Shown here: piece by piece, positions 11,781 to 24,370 of the stretch
How the letters are laid out: every line of letters starts with the position of its first letter
How positions within the stretch are numbered: position 1 is the first letter of the stretch
Assembly: GCF_004010195.1 (NCBI RefSeq)
Contig: NC_057753.1
Span: 1,749,930 to 1,813,929 of the forward strand
DNA from: Chiloscyllium plagiosum
Taxonomy: Eukaryota
Direction: 5' to 3'
DNA length: 64,000 bases
The notes under the pieces: model-generated
Databases searched by the model: none
What the model saw: only the letters and a program-made list of their open reading frames with translations
What the model was told of the DNA's origin: nothing
Program-made: the position numbers and the translations under genes

Positions 11781-12964
11781 TGTAGTCTCTCCGTAAATCT
11801 AAAATTTTGAATTCAGTTGTCACTCATCCCAAGGGTATTGGAGCGTCTCGTTCGAGAATTAATTACAACTGTCCAAGCTAAGTCTAATTACCGTTTGGTT
11901 GTCTCAGTACGGTGTCAGTATCACTGAAGGGTGAAATTCTCTCACCGAAAGAACAGACGAATCTTTATCCTTCAACATTTGCATGCACATGTTATTCAGG
12001 CCCTGATGAACGCCCTGATCTCTCCAAACTCGATATAATGTAGTTTTGAGTTTCCTGTCTGTCAGTCCTCTGCCTTCAATCGGTGATAAATTGAGAAAGT
12101 CTGTTCGGGACAAAAATTCGGAATCGACAACATTTCTCTTGGTTTGAATTTGTTGAGTAGAAATCCTCACTGTCTGACACTTCGCTAAAGGAAGTTCATG
12201 CACGCGCCCTGTTGCACATTGCCTCACATTATGTGCATGCGTCTCATGGAATGCTGCCCCCAGTAACGATGGCAGCAGTAAACCGGGCCCTACCAAAGAA
12301 AAATAAATCAGTGACTGCGGACTGTTCGCTGCAGTAATGGTATCAGTCGTTTCCAATTCAGAATCGGTGGTTAATTTCGTTCATTATGAAGATTCCCCGC
12401 CCAATTTGCATTCCTCGCACCCATCCAGTTTCTCACTGTATCACTGTTTCATTATACTAATTTCATTACAAGTGACAATAAAGTTAATTCTAATTCCAAT
12501 TCATGAGTAAGCTTGTTTGGTTAGGAAGAACACAGCTGTGAGCATATACTCATGGAATTTGGAGACAATATTGAAATTCAATGCCGAGGGGAAGACCTAT
12601 CTGTTGTTTCCGTTTTTGGCTGCAAGGTTTGCATTGTTTCTTACCAGAATAAATTGAAGCCCAGTATCAGCGTCTCAGCACAAAAGACTGACATCAACGC
12701 TAACTCGTAATTTCATTGTTTGGTGACAGCTACTAATTTGACTATATAGCATAGGTCACTTTCATGTTGAAGGTGAGTCACGGAAATATTACCCGACCAG
12801 TATGAAATTTCGAAAAAATTCAAATAAGGATGAGTCATTAAAAGAGTGATGGTTGACTGGGTGATATGTTGTAATTGCATGATGTCGAAACTGTTGGACA
12901 TCTTTCTGTTCCCTAGTGATCAGACCTGCACCAAGTAAACACCAATAGAAAGGCGTTTCTGTAA

Positions 12965-13130
12965 ATCAGACACGAAACTGAAATTTTTGGAAAAAACTCA
13001 GGAGGTATGCCGGCATCTGTAGAGAGAAATCAGAGTTAAGGTATTGGGTCCAGAGACCCTATCTCTGAGGAAACATTAACTGTGATTTCTCTTCACAGAT
13101 GTTGCCAGTCGTGCTCAACTTCAGTAGCAA
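12965..13130. repeat. Palindromic element made of two opposed Penelope-like tails
   Basis: ggcatctgtagagagaaatcagagttaa (~13012-13039) is the imperfect reverse complement of ttaactgtgatttctcttcacagatgttgcc (~13077-13106). Confidence 0.65.
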
Positions 13131-13824
13131 GTGTTAGTTGCTTGAGGCACACCAGCTCAGGTTTGATGAGCCAGAGTCTAAGCTCTGAACACTTTGACAC
13201 ATCGAGGAGGCGAAGAGATACCTGGATTCTGTGTTTGAATGGGAAGTCATACTTCTTCTATTAACTACGTTGCATTTGGTCAGATACAACATAATTTTAT
13301 TCCGAACGAGAATGGTTGAGCAATCCGGGTGGTACTGCCGAAGGAAAGAAAACCCATATATTCTTAGCTTAGTCTGATGTCCCAAACTCTTCTTCTGATG
13401 AACTCCACATTTTCAACACTCTCCAATGAACAGAAGCAGGTGCTATCAAACTGAAAACATAACAGCACTGGAATAGTCAGCCAACTTCAATGGTGGAAGA
13501 AAGGTACTTTAGATGATGTGACATCTCTGTTTCAGCACACAGAGCTGAAACGTTAATTCTTTTTCTCAACACACATATTAGGAGTACTATTTCCCAGTGT
13601 GGATTCTGGGAAAATCCTTACAGAGAAACGAAAACTCTGAGACAACGCTTAAAAATAAAGTGGCTCCTATTCAAGATGTGAATGGAAGAAATAAGGTTTT
13701 ATCGGGTCATTGAATAAATGTTTATATGTCAGATTCGTATGGTCCTTGTTGACAGGGAAGCCAATAATTGTTGGGTCCGCATGAATATGATGTTGATGTT
13801 GTACTCACGTCAATCGTGATCTTA

Positions 13825-14375
13825 AAAACATAAAGCAGTACACCACAGAAACAAACCCTTCAGTCCAACTCATCTATGCCGACCAGATATCCGCAATTAA
13901 TCTAGTTATATCTACCACCAGTTGGCCTATGACCCTCGAAACAGTTCCTATTCATGGACTCATTGAGATACCTTTTAAATTTTGTAATTTACCTGCCTTC
14001 TCTTGCTACTTATTCCATTCTCCACCACCTTCTGCGCAAAAATGTTGTCCCTGACGCCTCTTTTAATTTTTCCCCCTTTCATTTTAAATCTATACCCTCT
14101 AGTTTTTGACTCGCCAACCCTGGGAAAGGGCCTGGTTATTTAGCCGCATCATGCTCCAGATGATTTTGAAAAACCTCTGTAAGTGCAGCCCAGATTCTCC
14201 AAGTTCTCCAAGTAAGTTCTGGTCTAGCTTATCTAGCCTCGCAATGCAGCTCAACTCCCCAAACCCGCAACATCCTTCTAAGTCTTTTGTGAACCCTTTC
14301 ACGTTTAAGAACATCTTCCTTATAGCAGGCAGACCAGAATTAAACGTAGTATTCCAATTGTTGCCGACCCAACCT
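13825..14375 (-). mobile_element. CR1 LINE 3' end
   Basis: Reverse complement of CR1 3' end; paralog at 41230-41775. Confidence 0.75.
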
Positions 14376-15454
14376 TGTTTTAAGCCAGATCACACTAAAA
14401 TCCCAGAATGGCATTTTCCAGATCTTGATTCATGCGTTTATATGTATGGCCAGATTGACGCTATCTGTTTGGGTGTAAGTATAGAAATTCGTCCTTGAAA
14501 TAAAAAAGTTATACTTTCGACTGAAATAAAAGAGGAGTTGTTGTCTGCTTGGAAAAAAAAAAACCAAATGGCTTGTTTCAAAGCGCTCAGTACCAGCAAG
14601 ACGGCCAGAGAATACACACAAAAAGTGATCGAGTGCCCTCAGATCAGGAATGGAGAGAAATGAGGAATGAAGCCTCAGAGATCTGGAGAAACATGCAGAT
14701 GATAGTGGAGAATGTGTTGACTCTGATATTCGTCTCAAATCTCAAATAAACGTTTGCCTGGACATGTGTTTGCAGCTCCAGAATGTGCTTTCTTTCTGTG
14801 ATAACTCCAGGGTTCCGCTGCCACCCTTGCACTACAGGGATCACAGTGCATGCCAACTGTCTTGGTGACTGATCTGTACCTTTTTCTCCTCTGAATGGCC
14901 ACAAACAAAAACACCTTCCAACCTTCTGGAAATGTTGAAATGGGTCCTTGCTCATCAGGGCCTAACTCAGGAACAATCAGCAAACTTCTATGGAACTGCT
15001 GAAATAATCCGTCTCTAGTCGAAATGATAACTGTTAATGAAGGCTATTTCACGGTATATCAATTTCATTTCAATGTTGCGACTGTCAATTTTATTTACTT
15101 AACTGCGGTGACTTGTTCAGCATACCTTTATGGAACAATGTATTAATTCATTTCTCCACGTTTTTAACATCAATGACATTTACATCACCAACATTTCATT
15201 GTCTCAACAAAAAATGACAGGGAAATCTTCAGACTTGATTCTCCCTGAAAAATTCGATGCGACTTTCTTGGAGTAACAAACGTTTGTCCTCGTGGCTGGT
15301 ACCTGTCAATCGATAATACATTTCCTAATACCGAGAGGAACATACGAGCTTGTGGTGCTGCTGTTAAGCCTTCATTGATGGTTCCTGAAGATACAGTATT
15401 ATTTTGCGGGAAATGTGATGAAAATGAGTGAAGTGGTTAAATTACATTTACAAT

Positions 15455-15820
15455 TCATGGAATTTTAGAATTCCTACAGTTTGGAAACAGGCCAGATGAT
15501 CCATCACGCCCACATCAACACTCCAAAGAGCATTAAACCCAGACCTGTACCCCTACACTTTCCCTGTAATCCTGCATTTCTCATGGTTAATCCATCCAAC
15601 CTGCACATCACTGGAAAACGACCGCAATTTATGAGAGCCAATGATCTAACCTCCACATCACTGGACTTTGGGAGCAAATCAGATCACCCAGAAAATAAAA
15701 CTCCAGGCAGATAAAGGGAAAATTGCAAACTCCAAGCAGACATTCGCTGGAAGGTGAAGTCAAAATCGGGTGCCTGGTGCTGTGAAACAGAATTGCGAAA
15801 CATTGAGCCACTGTGCCAGC
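15455..15820 (-). mobile_element. HE1-like SINE
   Basis: Minus strand starts ggcacagtggctcaatg…tcacagcaccagg; same family as 9325, 43815 and 63170. Confidence 0.8.
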
Positions 15821-17457
15821 CTGTGCTCGTTAAATGACAACTGGTACAGAACTCAATAAATAATTATATTTCTCAAGATAGAAACTAACAATAAAAATGT
15901 CGATCTATAAATGAATTAGTAATAAAGATCAATCAGTTTGCTATTAATGCAGAACTGAAAAAGCATCGTGAATGTTTAAAAATTGAAACGTGAGCAGGAA
16001 ATTTTGGAGACGCTCAATTCCGTCCATAGCTTCATACGAGACTGTATTTCGTTCACGTTTCAAGTTTGGGAGCAAGTGGAAGGCAAAGTAGAGGTGGCAA
16101 GCTGAAGAAAAGGAATCGTCTGTGATATGGTGGCTTGAAGGGAAAATTAAGGTGAAATGAGTGACAGAGGTCAAGACACAATAGATATATCAGCAGCAAG
16201 TGTGATACAAACATTCAAAGTGAAGAAAATCATAGAAAAAAGAGAACAGAAAACAAAGTCAGAAAGACTACATGAAATAGCATATAAATCAAATCACAAA
16301 ATTCTTGAACTTGGCCATCAAGGTTGACTATTGCCACTGATTACTCCCCTGTTCAGAACAGAGCAACTAACTTTAAGTATTACCGCTCCAGGAGTACAGC
16401 TCAGATCAGAACGTCATTTTCCACCACTTTCCTCCCTAGCTCCACAGAGACTGACATCGGACTGTTCCAATTCTGGGCAGAGGTGGGTAAAGAATCAGTA
16501 ACCTGCAACCAAGCAGATTGCAAGTTTTTACTGTTCCAGTACTGGATGTCAGACAAATCAAGGTGTCATGTGACTTGGAAGTTAAGGCATTCACATATAT
16601 CTGCAATGCTTATGTATGGCGGGATTGAGCATTTGGGACCACTTTCCAGTTCTTAAATTCATCACATCTGCCTCTCTCATCTCTCCATCTCCTTCCATTG
16701 TTTGCAAGTGCTGCCTGGTTCCATTCCCTGAATGACATCAGAAAACGACTTTGGTTTATAATGACAATCCAGTAGCTTTCATAGTCATTTTGTTCCTCAG
16801 TGTATCCGTTCCACGCATTACCAGGTTCATTACCTCGATTTAAAACTAGCCTATGTGTTCGTAGATTCTCTTTGACCAATTGTTTTCTGCTGTGATATAT
16901 CAGATTCACAGGAAATTAGGGTGGGGGGGATTTTCTGTCAGGAAATTGGATGGAAATATTGTGACACGGCTGAATTACCAGCGTACTATCTGTTTCTTGC
17001 AGAAACATGCTAGAATAAAATTAAGTGAGCAGCGCAGAACGAGCATGGCCTGCAACTGAAGAGTTGTATTGTGGGATAATGCAAACCACTTTCATGAAAT
17101 TCTGGATCACTGAAAACCTTGGGACTTGTTAGAACGTGTGGTTTTATGCAATTCTCAATTCCAGATCATCATAATCTTTTGATGTGAGAGTACATGCAAG
17201 ATTGAGATAGTGAGACCAAATACATTTTTGTTTGTACCATCTTTTCCTTCTTGAATAATTTCTCACCCTTTTAATTAGGTGTTGTCCGAATAAACATTAG
17301 TGTATTTCAAGGGAATGATGATCACTTTAGAAAAGGCAAAATAGGGAAATTCAAGAGCACAGCCCAATCAAGATGTCACCTATGAATGAATAAAAAAGGA
17401 ATGCATAGACACTAACTTTGAACTTAAATTATGTTCTGTGAGTTATGTATTTTTAAT

Positions 17458-18371
17458 TTAATTCAGATTTAAATAATTTAAACGCAAGTGTTGGGGAAAT
17501 TTCAACAATTTCTTTAATTGATATCTGAATTTACTCTGGGTCCCTGCATAAATAAATGGATTAATACAGGAACCCAAAAGCTGAAGCATAGTTCCTGCTT
17601 CCTCAAGAATAAAATTTGATTCGATGTAATTTGTACCCGAGAAATAACTCCCATTTGCAATTTGAACATAGAAAAATGTCAGTAGAACCAACAAATATGA
17701 CAGGAGGAAACTGCCGGAGATGGCAAAGAGTAAAACAATTGACTTCCTCCGTTTTTCCAACTCTGGATCATTCTGATTCTCTCCATTGATCCTGATCCGG
17801 AGTCTCCTGCGGGCGTGACTAGCCAATACAATGTGCCTGATAGTGAGGGAATTGAGTAGCAAAATCAGAATGAATGGAAGACATGGGTTTAAAATTACTA
17901 TTATCCAGTCAAATGCTACCCAACTGGGTGAGGTATAGTATATTGATTTGAGGCTGCAAGACCAAGGCACGTTGTCACTGATAAAGGAAGGTTCGTGTGC
18001 AAAATACAAAGGGATGTTTATGGTACAGCTTATAGTGCAGACAGTTATTATAACCACAGCTGCTACTTTCTTGGTGCAATATTCCATTTTCACATTCTGG
18101 TAACAAATGGCAATGAATCGATCAAAAGTGAAAGCAACAGTTACCCAAACAGAAGAATCTCTGACTGCATAAATTAATACAAGTCTCACACTGCAGACTG
18201 GGGTAATGGAGAGAAATGTCATTGGGAAATAAATACCCGCAATCCGGTTTAATATCACAGTTGTGATAATGACGAGGAGATCCATCACTGCCATAGAAGT
18301 CAGGTAATACGCGATGCATTTCGAAAGACCACAATGGTTCCATGAGAGGATAAGAATAACTGAAAGGTTAG
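17458..18371 (-). CDS. GPR139-like: Exon 2 of intact GPR139/GPR142-like class A (rhodopsin-family) GPCR; spliced product 327 aa
   Basis: Open frame with hydrophobic TM segments and class A motifs: ANL (TM1), MAVMDLL (TM2), TPVCS, FTFDRFIAIC (DRY-like), PWSC (ECL2 Cys), NPCLPF (TM5), KRRKSIVLLFAIS (TM6), CINPFIY (NPxxY). Preceded by acceptor tgtgtgttctttctag|CT AAC (AG at 18373-18372); TAA ends at 17458. Family assignment is from motif recognition, not a search. Confidence 0.92.
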
Positions 18372-18729
18372 CTAGAAAGAACACACATAAGAGTGAGTAT
18401 GTGACATCGACGAATGTTAATGCAGCCAAAGAAAGATAAAAACAGTCATTCAGTGAGACTGAATTGTCTGGATGAAATTACAAACAAGGAATAGAATCCA
18501 CATTTTGCAATGAAAATATATCAATTCAACTACAGGAAGAATAAACCTCAAATTGCTCGTGAAGTTTCAGTATTATGTAATAATGTTAGTAAGGATATTT
18601 CACACTTTTACAGACAAATTCAACAGTCTTTCTTTGTGATTGAGCGGCAGGAAATTCATTCTATTCTGGTCTTGGTTAATTTGTATAGACGAACAGAAGC
18701 AAAAGTAGCCTTGAACATTGGAAATTGAA

Positions 18730-19010
18730 GAAGGTGAGGAAATAAATAATTAGGAAATGCCTGAGGGGCAACGTCTTCACACAGAGAGCGTTGCATATAA
18801 GAAATGAGCTGCCATAAAACGTGGTTAAAGCGAGTACAACAGCCAGACTTAAAAAAGATCACTTGGTACGTGATTGAGAAAGGGTTTAGAGAGATATGGA
18901 CGAAATGCAGGCAATTGGAACTAGGTGCCTGGGCATAATATTCACCATGGACCAGTTTGGACCGAAGGCATGTTTTCATGTTTTTTTTTCACTGAAATCT
19001 ATGACTCTAA
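18730..19010 (+). mobile_element. CR1 LINE 3' fragment in the GPCR intron (antisense to the gene)
   Basis: gaggggcaacgtcttcacacagagagcg…ggaccgaagg…ctatgactcta; absent from the pseudogene intron. Confidence 0.75.
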
Positions 19011-19849
19011 TGAGTAATATTTTATCGATAAAGGAAATAATCAAAAGGAAGCTGACGAGATTGAACGTAAAGAAATCCTAAGCGTTTTACATTCAAGAAA
19101 ACATCCCGGAAACGATCACTAAAAGATAAGTAATACTCACCTCTAAATTGAAAAAATCTGGGATTACACTTGATAATTAGTTTAAGATAAAGGAACGAAA
19201 TGTTGTGAGAGGCAACAAAGCAACAGATTGGGTGAAATCCAAGTGTAGCTCTGTTGGTAACTTTCACTATTTTAAGTCCAACGATTTTGGCTTCAAATTG
19301 TACTGCAAGATTTAAGTACTGACTGAGTACTGCACTGCCCAGGATGTCGCATTTGTGCCAGTCAATAAATGTAAGGTGAGTGGAGTAAAGGTCGAGCAAA
19401 AAAATTAACTGAATTATCAAGAAGCTGCTGTTAATGTCCCAACACAAGCAAAAGGTAGCGTACCATGGCAAAATTGCGGTATATCAGCAGCTTTGCAGAT
19501 ACAAAGTTAATAAATTTGCAGCGTGATAATTATTTGCCAGTTATGGTGCTCAAAACACAACCGAAGTGCAGTTAAATTTAATCCCAGTGAGATAATTCAC
19601 ATGCAGGAATGCCTTTAGGAAAACAACAGGACCGAATGTCTGACTTCTGATGATAACAGAAAACCAGAAAACGGGGAGGAAATTATACTACTCAAGGAAA
19701 AACAGTGTACTAACAATTTATTAGGTTAAATGGTTGTGATAAAATGGAACGAAAAAGATCGAAATTAATTGAAAACATTTTGTGGTAAAATGCAATATTA
19801 ATACCCTGAAAATAAACATAAGACATTTTCACCAAACTCCAGTACTTGT

Positions 19850-20035
19850 CGTATTCTGACTGGACCTTAGAGCTACACTTCTATTAGAGAGAGTTCAATC
19901 GTAATGGTTTCACCTGACATAACTATGCTTCAGGTGATATGAAAGTTTAAGTAGGAGACTCCTTCATGGTAACCTCAACCAGTGCCGAAATTTAAACATA
20001 AATCTGCTGCCAAGTCAACTGAGCTAACTGATCCC
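19850..20035 (-). mobile_element. Old tRNA-derived SINE in the GPCR intron
   Basis: Minus strand begins gggatcagttagctcagttgacttggc (tRNA-like); paralogous copy at ~46700-46885. Confidence 0.45.
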
Positions 20036-20220
20036 TTCAACACTGTGTCCCACAAATAGACAATTCTTTTGAATGAGACAAGTTTATGAATGTTATATAT
20101 AAAAAATACTAAAAGGACATTGAGACAGCCGTGTTGATAACTGAAAGAAGGATTAAACTGAGAAAATTACAGAAGGTACTAAAACACATTCATATTTAAC
20201 AACTAATGAATATCCTTTAC

Positions 20221-20290
20221 CTGGAACCCCAATAGTTGCTATGATTGGGTAGTAAATAGCAAACACGAGCCCTTTTGGTAATCCGTGCAT
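20221..20290 (-). CDS. GPR139-like: Exon 1 (70 nt) of the intact GPR139/GPR142-like GPCR
   Basis: Minus strand reads ATG CAC GGA TTA CCA AAA GGG CTC GTG TTT GCT ATT TAC TAC CCA ATC ATA GCA ACT ATT GGG GTT CCA G|gtaaag = MHGLPKGLVFAIYYPIIATIGVP. The phase-1 donor joins exon 2 in frame (G|CT = Ala) and completes TM1 (IGVPANL). Confidence 0.9.
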
Positions 20291-21660
20291 TTCTGTCTTC
20301 AGCTACGATTGCATTTGGCACTTCAGTGAATGTTATTTGTACCTGATGCCACGCTCCAGTGATCTTAATTACATGCCTTGAGCTTTTGCAACAATAACTT
20401 TAATTAAAGCAATCAAATTAAAGACTGTTTTTCCTGGCTTGTCTTCAATTTGGATGGAGCCGATTTCTTTTCATGGGCACTGGCACTGCTGCAAAGTGAA
20501 GTACTTGCAAGATGTAGTCTCCTTGATTTTAAAACCAAGTGAAAATGAAACAGGCAGATGCAACTGGGCGCAAGGTTTTTTTTTAATGAAATGGCCTTGT
20601 CTCTGAATAAAATGTCTCTGACCTGGTGTATCGTGTGTTCTTGTATTATCTGGCCATTTTCCTCTCCTGGTACTTTTCATAACCTATTTTGTTCAAGTCT
20701 GTCAGAAACTCTGCAACCACTTTAATGCAACACTCTATCGATGGATTATAGGCATGTTCATTATATGTCACACTACATTCTCAGCGCCAGTTTGTTTTTA
20801 TGATTGCTTGAAGTGCTGTCTTGATCATGTTAGAACCATTATATTATATTCTGAAACTTCAAGCGCTTATTTAATTAAATTGAATTCAACATTAAAGCTC
20901 CAATTCAGCAGCTAAAATCGAATAGGTATTTATTACTTTCTGCCTAAGCATTTAAATTGCATAAAGCCTTTTCAGGATAAACTGTTCCAGTATATTCTAT
21001 TGTAATCTGTCGTCAAAGGGCTATGTCGGCATGGCTATCTTCAGTATGGAGTTACGTGTCGTCAGAATGGCATGAAATCCAATCATTGAACTGACAGGTA
21101 CTGGTCCAGTTCCACAAGATTACACTGAGTGTACATAGACACATTCAGTACTCTTGGACTATAAAAGGAATAGAGCCATATCCTCCGCAGGGTGCATTTA
21201 TTCAGGGCAGAAATGTGCAGATAAGCACAATTCATCTCACCGTAGTTAGAATCGTATCAATAAGCTGCTGTCATTGTGAAACTGTTCAAGGGAATTTGTT
21301 TGTTATTACAGTGAAAGTAACTAGTTGTGAACCTTTGCAGTTAGTGTCGGAAATTTCCATTCAGTTCAGCATAGTTACATTCAGCGTACAAAAGATCAAT
21401 TGAGGGCATTTGCCTTCATTATGACAGATTCATGTCAATGGCAGGAACTTCGGCTTTTGACCAAGACTGTAACACATTCAGGAACATGCGAGCACACTCA
21501 GTTTTGAATAGTTGAGGTAGAATGTGATAAGTTTGCAATGTTGTATTTCCACCATTTACAATATATCATCGAAAAGGAAGTTGTTGCTTCAGACGAGTGC
21601 CTGAAATGCACCAGGAAAAGATCTGAGGAGAGAGCACCTGGGAAGAATTGAAATAATTAA
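20291..21660 (-). promoter_or_regulatory. Upstream flank / candidate 5' UTR-promoter region of the intact GPCR (present in three paralogous copies)
   Basis: Lies directly 5' of the ATG and is not a recognisable repeat; homologs at ~495-1900 and 47146-49327. No specific element or TSS is demonstrated. Confidence 0.35.
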
Positions 21661-21669
21661 CAATTCACA

Positions 21670-23400
21670 GAGAAAACCATTGAGTGCTCCATTGTTCAAT
21701 GCGATCATGGCTTATCTCATAATCCTCAATTCCATTTCCCAGCCTTTTGCCAAGAACTCTTGACTTAACACCAATTACAAATCTATGTCTTTCAGACTTG
21801 AATATGCTGATTGACAGGGCCTCTACAGTTATCCTTTTTAATGAACTCGACACATTCACGACTTTCTGACAGAATTAATTCCTCCTTTTTTCTATTGTAA
21901 ATGTGCCATCTCTTACTTTGACGTTATTCCTTGTAGTCCTTGACTCTCCCAGAGAGAGAGTGAGACAATCTCTCAGCATCTACCCTCTCAAGACTATTAA
22001 GATATAAAATGCGAAAAAAGGTCGATTCTCATCTTTCTAAATCCCAATGTTTACAACCCAAACGACGTGACCTGTCCTGAAAAGAAAATTCCTCCCTGCG
22101 TGGGATCAGAGACTCTTTACTTGACTGCTCCAATGCCATTGTCTCTTACCTTAGAATATTGGACCAAAATTGTTCAGATTAGTAAAGGTGAGGTCTAAGT
22201 AATACCTTATTTGGTTTTCTTCAGACTTCCCTACTTCTGTATACAATCTCCTTAGATAAAGGCAAATATTCCAGTTAACCTCCTTATTACCCACTGAACC
22301 GATATGTTAACTTTTTGTAATTTATGCGTGATGCCCCCCCAAAGCCTTTGTGCTGCAGCTTCCTGCAGTCTATTTTGAATAACAGCACCTGTGGTTTTCT
22401 GGAACACCTTCTTTTCCACATTATATTCAATCTGCCAGAGTGAGGAGGCTCACATCTGATTCCTCTGCAGAAATTTTGTGTCAACCTTGCTACTTGTCTT
22501 TCAACCAATTTATGTGATACCACGCTCAGTTATCACGTTAATGTAATGACTATACATTGCAAATGAATGGACGATAGTAGTCCCAGAGCTAATCCCTACG
22601 TACTCCACTAGTTCCAGAATCTTTTCCACATTATATTCAATCTGCCAGAGTGAGGAGGCTCACATCTGATTCCTCTGCAGAAATTTTGTGTCAACCTTGC
22701 TACTTGTCTTTCAACCAATTTTTGTGATACCACGCTCAGTTATCACGTTAATGTAATGACTATACATTGCAAATGAATGTACGATAGTAGTCCCAGAGCT
22801 GATCCCTACGTACTCCACTAGTTCCAGATTGCCAACTGGCAAATATCTTCCTTATCCCAACTATCTCTTCCCTTATCTCGCCAATTCTCGCTCCATGGAT
22901 ATGTACGTGTTACTTAGCTTGTGTTGTTGCTAAGTGCAGGACCTTATCGAGCAGCTTTTAGAAATTCAGACATATTACACATATTGTTCCCATTTATCTT
23001 TCTATTTGTTATCTCCAGAAAGAATTATATTAAATTTGTTGGCCATGGTTTCCATTTCAATGAAGCCAATGTGATTCGTTTGTGTGTTTCTAAATATTCC
23101 GCAGAGGAATCATTTACAATAGATTCCAACGGTTTTCTAAGGACTGATTTTACGTTAACTTATCCTTTTATGTATCCTTGCGTATTTCCAATCCTTTGGA
23201 AGTTTTTAAGCAGCTAAGGTCTTTGGAATGCTATACCGTGCATCCATATCCTCTTTAGCTACTTCCTTTGATATCTTTGGACAAAGCCAAAGACATGAGG
23301 TTCACGGTATGTATTGTGTCTTAGTCCCAATATTTTCCCCAGTAATTTTTATGTGCAATAAGTGATACTCATGGTTGTTTATTTTTTTCCCATTAGTTTG
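21670..23400 (-). mobile_element. Ancient CR1-type LINE (3' end and RT remnant)
   Basis: Diverged reverse-complement LINE pattern; paralogs at ~1920-2190 and ~52660-54100. Confidence 0.6.
22410..22828. repeat. 210-bp direct tandem duplication
   Basis: 22410-22618 repeated at 22620-22828 with three substitutions seen. Confidence 0.95.
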
Positions 23401-23749
23401 TCTTCACTTTTTAGTACTTTCGAAATTCTGTTAGAGGATATTTACATGCAAGGGTCTTTCTCCCCATTCCATTTCATCCCAGGCCTTTACTTGAAACTTT
23501 CTGGACGGCTACTTCTAAATTTTCAGAAAACCATTTGTCCATTCTCATCGCTCCTTCGTGAAGTGAATGGGTATTGTAGAAATAGTAATGGAGAATCCGT
23601 GACTGAGAGGTGGCCTGTGCTCACAGGAATACATTATTAGGCAAATTCATTAAAATTCTTAATAGCTTTCAATGCTCCATCAACTTTAAATCTAAAATAC
23701 GGAAGATGAGCATTAACTCATTTGTGATTTAAGTCGGCACAAGAGCACT

Positions 23750-24370
23750 TACATAGGAATAAGAATATGTCATTCAGGCTTTGGACCCCAGTCTACCATT
23801 AATAAGACAATCCGTGACCTGTGACCTAATTCCATATGCATATTTTCGGCTCATATCCCCCAATACACTTGCATCAGAAAAAAGGAAGCATTGCCAATCT
23901 CAGAACTGAATTTAACAATTAAATTAACATCGATCAATTTCTGAGAAAGAGACTTCCAAACGACCATTTCTCGTGCTTTCTAACATCTCTCCTGAATATC
24001 CTGGCCCTAATTCTTAGATTATGCCCTCTAGTCCTAGAATCTTCATACAGGGTGGAAGTAGTTTATCTAGTACTATCTTGTATTTTCTTGTTCAAATCTT
24101 AAGGACATCGATTAGACCACGCTAAAACTTATAAATTTTAAGGAATAAAAGCCTAATTTGCTCAATCTCTGCTCATAACTTTGACCCTGAAGTCGAGATG
24201 TCATCCGTATAAACCTGTATTGAACGCCCTTCACGGCCAATATATTCTCCCTAGGGTGTGGTGCCCAGATCTGTTCTCAGTAGCCAAAGGTGGGTCTATC
24301 CAGGGTTTTGTATGACTGCAATATTTACATCCCTAAATTTCAACGCTTTACAAATGAAGGCTAGAATTCC
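23750..24370 (-). mobile_element. Old CR1-type LINE 3' end, split by a younger CR1
   Basis: Continues after 27449; uninterrupted paralog at ~54600-55165. Confidence 0.6.

Noticed and set aside
11904..12356. 150-aa ORF sharing RGLTD(R/K)KLKT with ORF 39465-39707
   Set aside because: Explained by DNA-level paralogy between units; frame and length are not conserved and there is no recognisable domain.
17270..17275. ATTAAA (minus strand) ~185 nt after the stop, also present at ~44410
   Set aside because: Plausible poly(A) signal but too common in AT-rich DNA to call without 3'-end data.
18372..18429. ORF-track N-terminus MAALTFVDVTYSLLCVFFL of the 323-aa ORF
   Set aside because: Starts at TTG and reads through the intron's polypyrimidine tract and AG; the real start is exon 1 at 20290.
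21158..21168. TATAAAAG TATA-like box upstream of the GPCR
   Set aside because: On the wrong strand for the gene and not conserved in the paralogous copies (ctgcaaaagg, atacaaaagg).
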